From the NCBI GenBank assembly GCA_964629425.1, contig CAZVSO010000001.1, positions 1 through 43,895 on the forward strand: DNA of 43,895 nucleotides. Direction: 5' to 3'. This DNA is from an uncultured Gemmatimonadaceae bacterium (GTDB taxonomy: Bacteria; Gemmatimonadota; Gemmatimonadetes; Gemmatimonadales; GWC2-71-9). Positions 33,578 through 40,994 of this stretch are shown here, piece after piece. The first letter of the stretch is position 1, and each line of letters begins with the position of its first letter. The notes under the pieces were generated by a model that had not been told where the DNA came from, searched no databases, and was given only the letters and a program-made list of their open reading frames with translations. The position numbers were made by a program, and so were the translations under genes.

Positions 33578-34513
33578 TCAGCCGTGCACCAGCAGGTCCG
33601 CCAGCGAGCGATTCTCGTGCAGCCGGCTGATGACCTCGGCGAGCAACGACGCGAGGGTGACGACGCGCAGCGGGAGGGCGCCGGTGGCCGGGAGCGCTAC
33701 ACTGTCGGTCACCGTGATCTGGCGGAGCGGCAGGGCGGCGAGACGCTCGACCGCACCGTCCACCAGCAGGGCGTGGGTCGCGATCACCGTGAAGTCGGGC
33801 CGGCAGCCTGCCGCGAGCAGCGCCGCCACCGCCGCGGCTATCGTGCCGCCGGTGCTGATCATGTCGTCCACGATGATCGGGGAGCGGTCCCGGACGTCTC
33901 CGGTGATGCCCCGCACCGCGACTTCCGTCCCGTCCACCCGCGTCTTGTGGACCAGCGCCACCGGCAGGTCGAACAGCCGCCCATACCGGTCCGCCAGTCG
34001 GGCGGCGCCGAGGTCCGGTCCAACGACCACCCCGTCTTCCGCCACGGCCTGCCCCGCTTCGGCGAGCGCCGCCACCGCGCTGAGGTGCTCCAGGGGACAG
34101 GCGAAGAACCCCTCCAGCGCCGACGAGTGGAGGTCCACGGCCACCACGCGGTCGATGTGGCACGTGGCCAGGATATCGGCCACGAGCCGGGCGCCGACCG
34201 GCTCCCGCCCGCCCGCGCGGCGATCCTGGCGCGCGTAGCCGAAGTACGGCACGACCGCGGTGAGCCGGTCGGCCCCGGCACGGCGGCACGCGTCGGCGAG
34301 GAGCAACAGCTCGAGGAAGTTGCTCTCGAACGGCGGCGCCGTGGACTGGAGCAGATAGACGTCGTGCGCTCGGACGCTGTCGCGCACCGCGACGTGGAGC
34401 TCGCGGTCCGGAAAGCGGTGCAGGCTCACGGTCCCGAGCTGCACGCCCAGGCGGCCGGCTACCGCTTCGGCGAGGACCGGGTTCGCGGAGCCCGTGACCA
34501 GGGTGAGGAGCAT
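33578..34513 (-). CDS. prs: Ribose-phosphate pyrophosphokinase (PRPP synthetase)
   Basis: 311 aa: FPDRELHV, VVPYFGYARQDRR, VAVDLHS, PIIVDDMISTGGTI. The rest of track ORF 33578..36352 is antisense shadow of polX. Confidence 0.93.
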   Translation of the reverse strand: MLLTLVTGSANPVLAEAVAGRLGVQLGTVSLHRFPDRELHVAVRDSVRAHDVYLLQSTAPPFESNFLELLLLADACRRAGADRLTAVVPYFGYARQDRRAGGREPVGARLVADILATCHIDRVVAVDLHSSALEGFFACPLEHLSAVAALAEAGQAVAEDGVVVGPDLGAARLADRYGRLFDLPVALVHKTRVDGTEVAVRGITGDVRDRSPIIVDDMISTGGTIAAAVAALLAAGCRPDFTVIATHALLVDGAVERLAALPLRQITVTDSVALPATGALPLRVVTLASLLAEVISRLHENRSLADLLVHG

Positions 34514-34555
34514 CGTGCTGACCGGGTAATCAGCGAGGGTCGTCCGCAAGGAACC

Positions 34556-34571
34556 GTGAAACCACGGTGAA
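34556..34571 (-). promoter_or_regulatory. TTCAC-N6-TTCAC direct repeat, candidate operator in the prs/polX divergent region
   Basis: Plus strand reads GTGAAACCACGGTGAA, 42 nt upstream of the prs start. A third GTGAA lies at 34615, just before the polX ATG. Confidence 0.45.
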
Positions 34572-34630
34572 ACCTCACGGCGCCGGGTTGCGCGGGCGAG
34601 GGCTCCAGAACACCGTGAAGTCATCCGCCC

Positions 34631-36370
34631 ATGCCCGTCGAGAACGCAGAAGTCGCGCGGCTCTTCCGCGAGCTGGCCGATCTGCTCGAGATCCAGGGCG
34701 CGAACCCCTTCCGGGTCCGCGCCTATCGCAACGCGGCCCGCACCGTCGAGGAGCTGCCCGAGACGGTGGCGGAGCTGGCGCGCGCCGGCCCCAAGCGGCT
34801 CGCCGAGCTGCCCGGCATCGGCACCGACCTCGCCGGGAAGATCGTCGAAATCGTCGAGACCGGCACGCTCGCAGCGCTCCACGAGGCCACCCGCGAGGTG
34901 CCCAAGGGCCTGGTGGCGCTCATGCGCGTGCGGGGCCTCGGTCCCAAGCGCGCGCGGGCGCTGTATGACGCTCTCGGCATCGCCTCGATCCAGGAGCTCG
35001 AACAGGCGGCCCGTGCCGGGCGCATTCGCGAGATCAAGGGGTTCGCCGCCAAGACCGAGCAGCACATCCTCGATGAGCTGGCCGCCCGGCGCGAGATGGG
35101 TGGGGACCAACGGCTGCCGCGAGCGACGGCGGCGCCGTACGGCGAAGCCTTGCTCGCCTACCTGCGTGTCCTCCCGGGTGTGCGGCGGGCGGAGATCGCG
35201 GGCAGCTACCGGCGCGGCAAGGACACGGTGGGGGACCTCGATATTCTCGTGGATGCGCGCGACGACGCGGCGGTGGCGGACCACTTCGCCGCGTATCCCG
35301 AAGTGGAGGCCGTGCTGGCGCACGGGCCAACCAAGGTGTCCGTGCGGCTCCGCTCGGGGCTCCAGGTGGACCTCCGCGTTCTCCCGCCGGAGAGCTACGG
35401 GGCGGGCCTGCACTATTTCACGGGGTCGAAGGCCCACAACATCGCCGTGCGCCGGCTCGGGCAGCAGAGAGGGCTGAAGGTCAGCGAGTACGGCGTATTC
35501 CGCGGGGAGAAGCAGATCGCGGGGCGCACCGAAGCCGAGGTGTACGAGGCCGTGGGTTTGCCGTGGATCGCGCCGGAGCTGCGAGAGGACCGGGGCGAGC
35601 TCGAGGCGGCGCGCGAAGGGCGGCTCCCGCACCTCGTCGAGCCGAGCGACATCCGCGGCGACCTCCAGATGCACACGACGAGCTCCGACGGCCGGGGGTC
35701 TCTCGCGGAGATGGCGAAGGCCGCGCAGGAGCTGGGCTACGAGTACATCGCCATCACCGATCATACGCCGGCGCTGCGAATGGTGCAGGGGCTGGATGCC
35801 GCCGGATTCCGGCGTCAGATGAAGGACATCGACCGGCTCAACGCGCGCCTGCGCACGCTCACCGTTCTCAAGGGCGCCGAGGTGGACATCCGTCCCGACG
35901 GGTCGCTCGACCTCGACGACGAGACCCTGGCGGCGCTCGACCTCGTGGTCATCTCGGTGCACTCGAAGCTCGACCTCTCCGAGCGCAAGCAGACGGACCG
36001 GATCCTGCGCGCCCTGCACCATCCCGCTGTGGACGTGCTCGGTCACCCGACCGGCCGCCTGCTCGGCCGGCGGGCACCGATGCAGCTCGATCTCGAATGG
36101 GTCTGCCGGGCGGCGGCGGACCACGGCGTGTTGCTCGAGGTGAACGCCCAGCCCGAGCGGCTCGACCTCGACGACGCGCAGACCCGGGCGGCGCTCGAGC
36201 TCGGCGCGGGGCTCGTGATCTCGACCGATGCCCACGCACCCTCGGAGCTGCGGTTCATGCGGTGGGGCGTGGAGCAGGTGCGGCGGGGCTGGGCGGAAGC
36301 ACGGCACGTGGCGAACACGCGGCCGCTGAAGGAGCTGCTCAAGCTGCTGCACCAGGGGCGGCGCGGCTAG
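34631..36370 (+). CDS. polX: Family X DNA polymerase with C-terminal PHP phosphoesterase domain (PolX)
   Basis: N-terminal 8-kDa/HhH region (LLEIQGANPFRVRAYRNAAR, LPGIGTDLAGKI). Palm GSYRRGKDTVGDLDILV. PHP domain GDLQMHTTSSDG...ITDH...VISVHS. Confidence 0.92.
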   Translation: MPVENAEVARLFRELADLLEIQGANPFRVRAYRNAARTVEELPETVAELARAGPKRLAELPGIGTDLAGKIVEIVETGTLAALHEATREVPKGLVALMRVRGLGPKRARALYDALGIASIQELEQAARAGRIREIKGFAAKTEQHILDELAARREMGGDQRLPRATAAPYGEALLAYLRVLPGVRRAEIAGSYRRGKDTVGDLDILVDARDDAAVADHFAAYPEVEAVLAHGPTKVSVRLRSGLQVDLRVLPPESYGAGLHYFTGSKAHNIAVRRLGQQRGLKVSEYGVFRGEKQIAGRTEAEVYEAVGLPWIAPELREDRGELEAAREGRLPHLVEPSDIRGDLQMHTTSSDGRGSLAEMAKAAQELGYEYIAITDHTPALRMVQGLDAAGFRRQMKDIDRLNARLRTLTVLKGAEVDIRPDGSLDLDDETLAALDLVVISVHSKLDLSERKQTDRILRALHHPAVDVLGHPTGRLLGRRAPMQLDLEWVCRAAADHGVLLEVNAQPERLDLDDAQTRAALELGAGLVISTDAHAPSELRFMRWGVEQVRRGWAEARHVANTRPLKELLKLLHQGRRG

Positions 36371-36409
36371 CCGTCGCTGCGGTGTTCTGAAAGATCCCCT
36401 AAAGAGACG

Positions 36410-36425
36410 TTCACGGACGCTTCAA
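36410..36425 (+). promoter_or_regulatory. TTCAC-N6-TTCAA direct repeat, candidate operator upstream of USP2
   Basis: TTCACGGACGCTTCAA ends 46 nt before GTG 36472. The geometry mirrors the USP1 site. Confidence 0.45.
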
Positions 36426-36471
36426 GCCCGGCCGGCGATCTTCGCGGTGCGCCGCTCGTGGGAGGGGTACC

Positions 36472-37413
36472 GTGTTCCAACGCCAGCCGATCGTCGTGGG
36501 CGTGGACGGGTCGCCGGAATCGACTCGGGCCGCGCGCCTCGCCTGGACGCTGTCGCAGGCTACGAGAGGTCCCTGCCACCTCGTGCACGGCATCGGGTAT
36601 CCGGTTGCCGACTCGACCTTCGGGATCGCCCCGGCGTCGTTGTCCCCGGTGTTCGAGCAGCTGCTCGCCGCCGCACGGAGCGACCTCGAGCGCGCGCTCA
36701 CCGGCACCATCCCGGCGGACGTGCTGCGCGGGCTGGACGTGCGGATCGGGCGGCCCGCGCGGGTGCTGGCGCAGGCGGCGGCGGAATACCGGGCGGGGAT
36801 GGTCGTCGTGGGCGGCGAGCCGCATGGCGCGATGGCGCGCGCGCTCGGCGGCAGTACCGCTCACGGGCTCACCCGCGTGCTGGAGGTCCCGGTGCTGGTG
36901 ACGAGCCGCCTGCCGCGCCCCATCACTCGCATCCTGGTGGCCGTGGATCTGTCGGAAGCGGCCCGGGTGACCCTGGCCGCCGCCGGCGCGCTCAGTGAAG
37001 CGCTCGGTGCGCGGCTGCGGGCGTTACACGTGGTGGAGCCGCTGATCTTGCCGCCGGGCGTCGCGCTGACAATCGCCCCCGAGGAGCTGTACCGGCGGCA
37101 GGAAGCGGCGTTCGAGGAACTCCTGGCGGGCGAGGCGCGGGTCGCGCCGAGCGACCGGGTGACGCGCCAGGGGCCGGCGGTGGACATGGTCGCCGAGGAG
37201 GCAGCCACCTGGGAGGCGGATCTCCTGGTAGTGGGCTCGCACGGCAAGGGCTGGGTGGATCGGCTGATGCTGGGGAGCACGACCGAGCGGCTGCTCGGCC
37301 TCCTACCGACGTCGCTCCTGGTGGTGCCGGCGTGGCTGCGGCCGTCGCGGCTCAAGAACGGGGCACGCCGGAGGGACCGTGCCGTGCACGGGCGTCGGGT
37401 GGCAGTCACGTGA
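36472..37413 (+). CDS. Universal stress protein, tandem UspA domains (USP2, paralog of USP1)
   Basis: IVVGVDGSPES... and ILVAVDLSEAA...LLVVGSHGKGWVDRLMLGSTTERLL...LLVVP. It can be aligned with USP1 at the DNA level in the C-terminal region. Confidence 0.85.
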   Translation: MFQRQPIVVGVDGSPESTRAARLAWTLSQATRGPCHLVHGIGYPVADSTFGIAPASLSPVFEQLLAAARSDLERALTGTIPADVLRGLDVRIGRPARVLAQAAAEYRAGMVVVGGEPHGAMARALGGSTAHGLTRVLEVPVLVTSRLPRPITRILVAVDLSEAARVTLAAAGALSEALGARLRALHVVEPLILPPGVALTIAPEELYRRQEAAFEELLAGEARVAPSDRVTRQGPAVDMVAEEAATWEADLLVVGSHGKGWVDRLMLGSTTERLLGLLPTSLLVVPAWLRPSRLKNGARRRDRAVHGRRVAVT

Positions 37414-37425
37414 AGGAGAACGGTG

Positions 37426-37827
37426 ATGAGAGTCGCTGACCTGATGCGGACGGACCTCACGACGATCAGCGTGGACGGGACGGTGGCAGACGCCGTGGCG
37501 ATTCTGGCGGACACTCGGCTCTCCGCGCTGCCCGTCGTGGACCGATGGGGACGGGCGGTCGGCGTCCTGTCCACGCGGGAGATCCTCGAAGCCGAGCACC
37601 GGTGCAACGGTCCGGCGGCACGGGATCGGCTGTTCGAGCGCACGCGAGCGCTCGAGCTCATGGCCCCGTGGCCCGTGACCATCACGCCCGAGCCGGACGT
37701 GACCGATGCGGCTCGCCAGATGCTGTATCTCGGCGAGCAGCGGCTGTTCGTGGAGGACCAGGGACAGCTGGTGGGCGTCATCTCGCAGACCGACATCGTC
37801 GGGGCCGTGGCGACCGCGCGGATCTAG
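37426..37827 (+). CDS. CBS-pair domain protein (CBS2, paralog of CBS1)
   Basis: MRVADLMRTDLTTI...VADAVAILADTRLSALPVVD...VTDAARQMLYLGEQRLFVEDQGQLVGVISQTDIVGAVATARI. AAGGAGA SD 6 nt upstream of ATG 37426. Confidence 0.85.
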   Translation: MRVADLMRTDLTTISVDGTVADAVAILADTRLSALPVVDRWGRAVGVLSTREILEAEHRCNGPAARDRLFERTRALELMAPWPVTITPEPDVTDAARQMLYLGEQRLFVEDQGQLVGVISQTDIVGAVATARI

Positions 37828-37950
37828 CGCGGGCGCGGGCACCCCTTGAGGCGCCGGATCGCGGGCGGGCGCGAGGCCGTCCGCCAGGTCGGCGCCGTGC
37901 CACGCGAGCAGCTGGACGCCCTGGTCAGGTCGCTGGTGCCACCCTAGACG

Positions 37951-38031
37951 GGAGCAGGGAGCACAGAGCAGTTGCCCCCGGTCCGCACGCCAATTCTGCA
38001 CCGTGGGGAACTGCTCCCAGCTCCCTGCTCC
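37951..38031. repeat. Long imperfect inverted repeat (81 nt hairpin) between convergent CBS2 and USP3
   Basis: GGAGCAGGGAGC (37951-62) pairs perfectly with GCTCCCTGCTCC (38020-31). Inner stem AGAGCAGTT/AACTGCTC. Further CCCC.../...GGGG pairing occurs in the loop. Confidence 0.5.
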
Positions 38032-38036
38032 TCAGC

Positions 38037-38873
38037 TCACACCGGGACCGTAAGCACCGCGCAGGGCGCCCGGTGCAGCACCCGGGGTCCCACGCCGCTT
38101 GCGTCGGGAGGAGCCACCTCGCCCGGGTGGTAGCCGATGGCGATGACGTCCATCCCCTCGACGCGCGCCAGCTTCAGGATCTCTCCCGCTGCATCGCCCT
38201 GTCGGACCAGGGCGGGGGCTGCGGCGACGGCGCCGGCCGGGCCGGCGTCGCCGGGCGGGACGGGGAGGTGGTGTGGGGCCCCAGCGGCGGCGGCGCCTCG
38301 CGGCTCGACATGCAACGGGAACAGCTCGCTGCCGAAGAGCCGGGCGAACGCCGTCGCGCGCTCGAGCACGCCGTCGGACGCCGGGCTCGAGCCCAGCGCC
38401 GCGAGCACCCGGCCCCAGGTGCGCTGGCCGAACGGGACGATCAGGCACGGCAGCCGGGCCCGGCGCACCGTCGCGGTCAGGGTGCGACCTGCCGGCCGGC
38501 GCTCGAACTCGCCGACCGGTTGCCGACCCAGCACGAGCAGGTCGGCCCCTTCGAGCTCGGCCCAGCGGGCGAGCTCGACGGCAGGCAGGCCGAACCGCAC
38601 CATCGGCTGCGGGCGGGCCACGGTGGTGACGGAATTGATCAGGCTCTCCAGCTCCCGTACCGCCGCCGTCCCCGCTTCGTCGGCAAACGAACCCGCACGC
38701 AAGCGGCGGTGCCCCTCCACCAGGCTGGGGTCGAGGTACTCCCACGGGTTCTCGACGATGCGGAGCACGGCGAGGTGGGCGTCGGCCGCCGCGGCGATCT
38801 GCGCCGCGACGCGTAACGCGTGCATCCCCGCGGGCGACCGGTCGACGGCCGCGATGATCCTGGTGAACTGCAT
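38037..38873 (-). CDS. Universal stress protein, tandem UspA domains (USP3)
   Basis: IIAAVDRSPAGMHAL...LLVLGRQP... and RVLAALGSSPAS...VIAIGYHPGE...VLHRAPCAVLTVP. Confidence 0.8.
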   Translation of the reverse strand: MQFTRIIAAVDRSPAGMHALRVAAQIAAAADAHLAVLRIVENPWEYLDPSLVEGHRRLRAGSFADEAGTAAVRELESLINSVTTVARPQPMVRFGLPAVELARWAELEGADLLVLGRQPVGEFERRPAGRTLTATVRRARLPCLIVPFGQRTWGRVLAALGSSPASDGVLERATAFARLFGSELFPLHVEPRGAAAAGAPHHLPVPPGDAGPAGAVAAAPALVRQGDAAGEILKLARVEGMDVIAIGYHPGEVAPPDASGVGPRVLHRAPCAVLTVPV

Positions 38874-38911
38874 CGCATCCCCCTCTGTTGCCGCAGCTTA
38901 TCGCGGTTCGC

Positions 38912-38927
38912 CTGAAGCCACCCTGAA
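38912..38927 (-). promoter_or_regulatory. TTCAG-N6-TTCAG direct repeat, candidate operator in the USP3/GAF-kinase divergent region
   Basis: Plus strand reads CTGAAGCCACCCTGAA, 38 nt upstream of the USP3 start codon. Confidence 0.45.
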
Positions 38928-39023
38928 GCGAGCGTGAGAACTGGGGCAACCAGTCGGCCTAGCCACCCGCCGGGGCGCGCCATTACGTTGCCGGGGCGCC
39001 GGGAGCCGGCCGGTTGAGCGGAG

Positions 39024-40250
39024 GTGGGTGGAGTGAGCCACGATGAGGCCGCGCGGGTACAGGGGCGGTTCGAGCGCCTGCTGTCGGCAGGCGCCGCGAT
39101 CCTGTCCGAGCATTCACTCGAGCAGGTGCTGCAGCGGGTCGCGGATCTGGCACGGGAGGTTCTGGACGCGCGCTACTCGGCGCTCGGCGTCCTCGACGAA
39201 GGCGGGACGTCGCTCGCGGAGTTCGTGACGTCTGGTCTGAGCGCGGCGGAGCGGGTGCGCATCGGCGCGCTCCCCCAGGGCCGCGGCCTGCTGGGCCTGG
39301 TGATTCGCGAGGGCAAGCCGATCCGCACCCGGGATATCGGCGCCCACCCGCAGCGCTACGGCTTCCCTCCCCACCACCCGCCGATGATGTCCTTTCTCGG
39401 CGTGCCCATCGTCGCCCGGGGTCGGGTGTTCGGGAATCTCTATCTCACCGACAAGGTGGCCGCCGCGGAGTTCTCCGAGGAAGATGAGCGCATCGCCGTG
39501 CTGCTGGCCGGGCAGGCTGCGCTCGCCGTGGAGAACGCCCGGCTCCTGGACGAGCTGCGCGCGCTGCAGCGGCAACGCGACCTGTTCTTCGCGATGATGA
39601 ACCACGAATTGCGGAACGCGCTCACCGGGGTGTACGGCTGGGCGGAGCGGGTCATCGGCGCCAAGTCGCCGGACGCGGCGGCCCGGGCCGGGCGCGAAGT
39701 CTACGAAACCGCCGAGCGGACCATCGGCCTGCTCAACAACCTGCTGGATCTCAGCCGCCTCGATGCCGGCAAGATGCGGCCCGTGTGGCAGGACGTGCAG
39801 CCGCGGCGGGCCGTCGAGCGGGCCATCACCGGCCTCCGGCCCAGCGCGGAGGCGAAGCGGGTCCGGATCGAGGAGCGCTACGGCGCGGCGGCGACGGCCC
39901 GGCTGCGGACGGACGCCATGCGCCTCGAGCAGATCCTGGTCAACCTGCTGTCGAACGCCGTGCGGCACAGCCCGGAGGGGTCGGCGATCGAGATCTGCGT
40001 CGAGGCCGCCTCGCCGGGGGTGCACTTCCATGTGAGGGACCGGGGTCCCGGGATCCCGATAGAGCAGCAGGCGCTCATCTTCGAGCCGTTCGAGCGCGTC
40101 GATCCGCATGCCGGGCTGGGGTCCGGGCTGGGCCTGGCGGTGTCGCGGCGCCTGGCCGGGCTGCTCGGCGGCCGGCTGACCGTGACCAGCGAGCCGGGCG
40201 AGGGCGCCCGGTTCACGCTCACGTTGCCGCCCGAGCCCCCGTCGACATGA
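39024..40250 (+). CDS. GAF-domain sensor histidine kinase (GAF + HisKA + HATPase_c)
   Basis: GAF: GALPQGRGLLGLV...GFPPHHPPMMSFLGVPI..GRVFGNLYLTDK. H-box MNHELRNALTGV. N/G boxes NLLSNAVRHSP, DRGPGIP, GLGSGLGLAVSRRL. No TM segments seen. Confidence 0.85.
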   Translation: MGGVSHDEAARVQGRFERLLSAGAAILSEHSLEQVLQRVADLAREVLDARYSALGVLDEGGTSLAEFVTSGLSAAERVRIGALPQGRGLLGLVIREGKPIRTRDIGAHPQRYGFPPHHPPMMSFLGVPIVARGRVFGNLYLTDKVAAAEFSEEDERIAVLLAGQAALAVENARLLDELRALQRQRDLFFAMMNHELRNALTGVYGWAERVIGAKSPDAAARAGREVYETAERTIGLLNNLLDLSRLDAGKMRPVWQDVQPRRAVERAITGLRPSAEAKRVRIEERYGAAATARLRTDAMRLEQILVNLLSNAVRHSPEGSAIEICVEAASPGVHFHVRDRGPGIPIEQQALIFEPFERVDPHAGLGSGLGLAVSRRLAGLLGGRLTVTSEPGEGARFTLTLPPEPPST

Positions 40251-40257
40251 AGGTTCC

Positions 40258-40284
40258 TTCAGGACTCCTTTATAGTCGGTTCAG
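40258..40284 (+). promoter_or_regulatory. TTCAG-N17-TTCAG (22-bp phasing) flanking a TATAGT box upstream of the response regulator
   Basis: TTCAGGACTCCTTTATAGTCGGTTCAG lies in an AT-rich island. The second pentamer starts 28 nt before ATG 40308. The geometry matches 28415/28437 before archease. Confidence 0.35.
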
Positions 40285-40307
40285 TGCCTGAGGCGTAGAG
40301 TGCCACC

Positions 40308-40994
40308 ATGAAGATCCTCGTCGTCGAAGACGATCGCAAAGTCGCGGGCTTCATCGAGCAGGGTCTCCGCGAAGAAGGCTATGCCGTCGACGTCGCGCCG
40401 GACGGAGACGAAGCGACGATGCTGGCGCACGTGTACGAGTACGATCTCGTCGTGCTCGACGTGATGCTTCCCAAGAAGACCGGCCTGCAGGTGGCGGCCG
40501 AGCTGCGGCGCGAGGGTCGCAAGACGCCGATCCTGATGCTCACCGCGCGGGATGCGACCGAAGAGGTGGTCCGCGGGCTCGACGCCGGGGCGGACGACTA
40601 CGTGACCAAGCCGTTCAAGTTCGACGAGCTGCTCGCCCGGGTCCGGGCGCTGCTGCGGCGCGGGGGCTCGGCCCGCACCGAGCTGCTCAACTACGGCCCC
40701 GTGGAGCTCGACCGCCTGAAGCACAAGGCCCGGGCGAACGGCAAGACGCTCGACCTTACCCCCAAGGAGTTCCACCTGCTCCAGCACTTCCTGTTGCACC
40801 CCGAGGAAGTCGTGCGGCGCACCGAGCTGCTCGAGAAAGTGTGGGACATGCACTTCGACCCCGAGAGCAACGTCGTCGACGTGCACGTCGGGAATCTGCG
40901 GCGCAAGCTGAAGCACGCCGTGGGGATGGACCTGATCGAAACGGTGCGCGGCGTCGGATTCCGCCTGCAGCTGCCGGACCGAGTCGACGCGTGA
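40308..40994 (+). CDS. OmpR/PhoB-family response regulator
   Basis: Receiver domain (KILVVEDD, DLVVLDVMLP, LMLTAR, KPF) plus a winged-helix C-terminal domain (LTPKEFHLLQHFL...VVDVHVGNLRRKL...IETVRGVGFRL). Confidence 0.93.
   Translation: MKILVVEDDRKVAGFIEQGLREEGYAVDVAPDGDEATMLAHVYEYDLVVLDVMLPKKTGLQVAAELRREGRKTPILMLTARDATEEVVRGLDAGADDYVTKPFKFDELLARVRALLRRGGSARTELLNYGPVELDRLKHKARANGKTLDLTPKEFHLLQHFLLHPEEVVRRTELLEKVWDMHFDPESNVVDVHVGNLRRKLKHAVGMDLIETVRGVGFRLQLPDRVDA

Noticed and set aside
34514-36352. Upstream 600 codons of track ORF 33578..36352 (-), which would extend prs to 924 aa
   Set aside because: Only the last 311 aa are PRPP synthetase. The remainder is antisense to the clearly real PolX gene and is not protein-like.
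10313-40307. Searched promoter regions for FNR/CRP boxes (TTGAT-N4-ATCAA, TGTGA-N6-TCACA) and DosR-type palindromes
   Set aside because: None was found at correct spacing. The TGTGAA...TTCACA pair at 13748-13776 is separated by 17 nt. GTGAAGGCGTTCAC at 28406-19 is better explained as part of the phased pentamer cluster.
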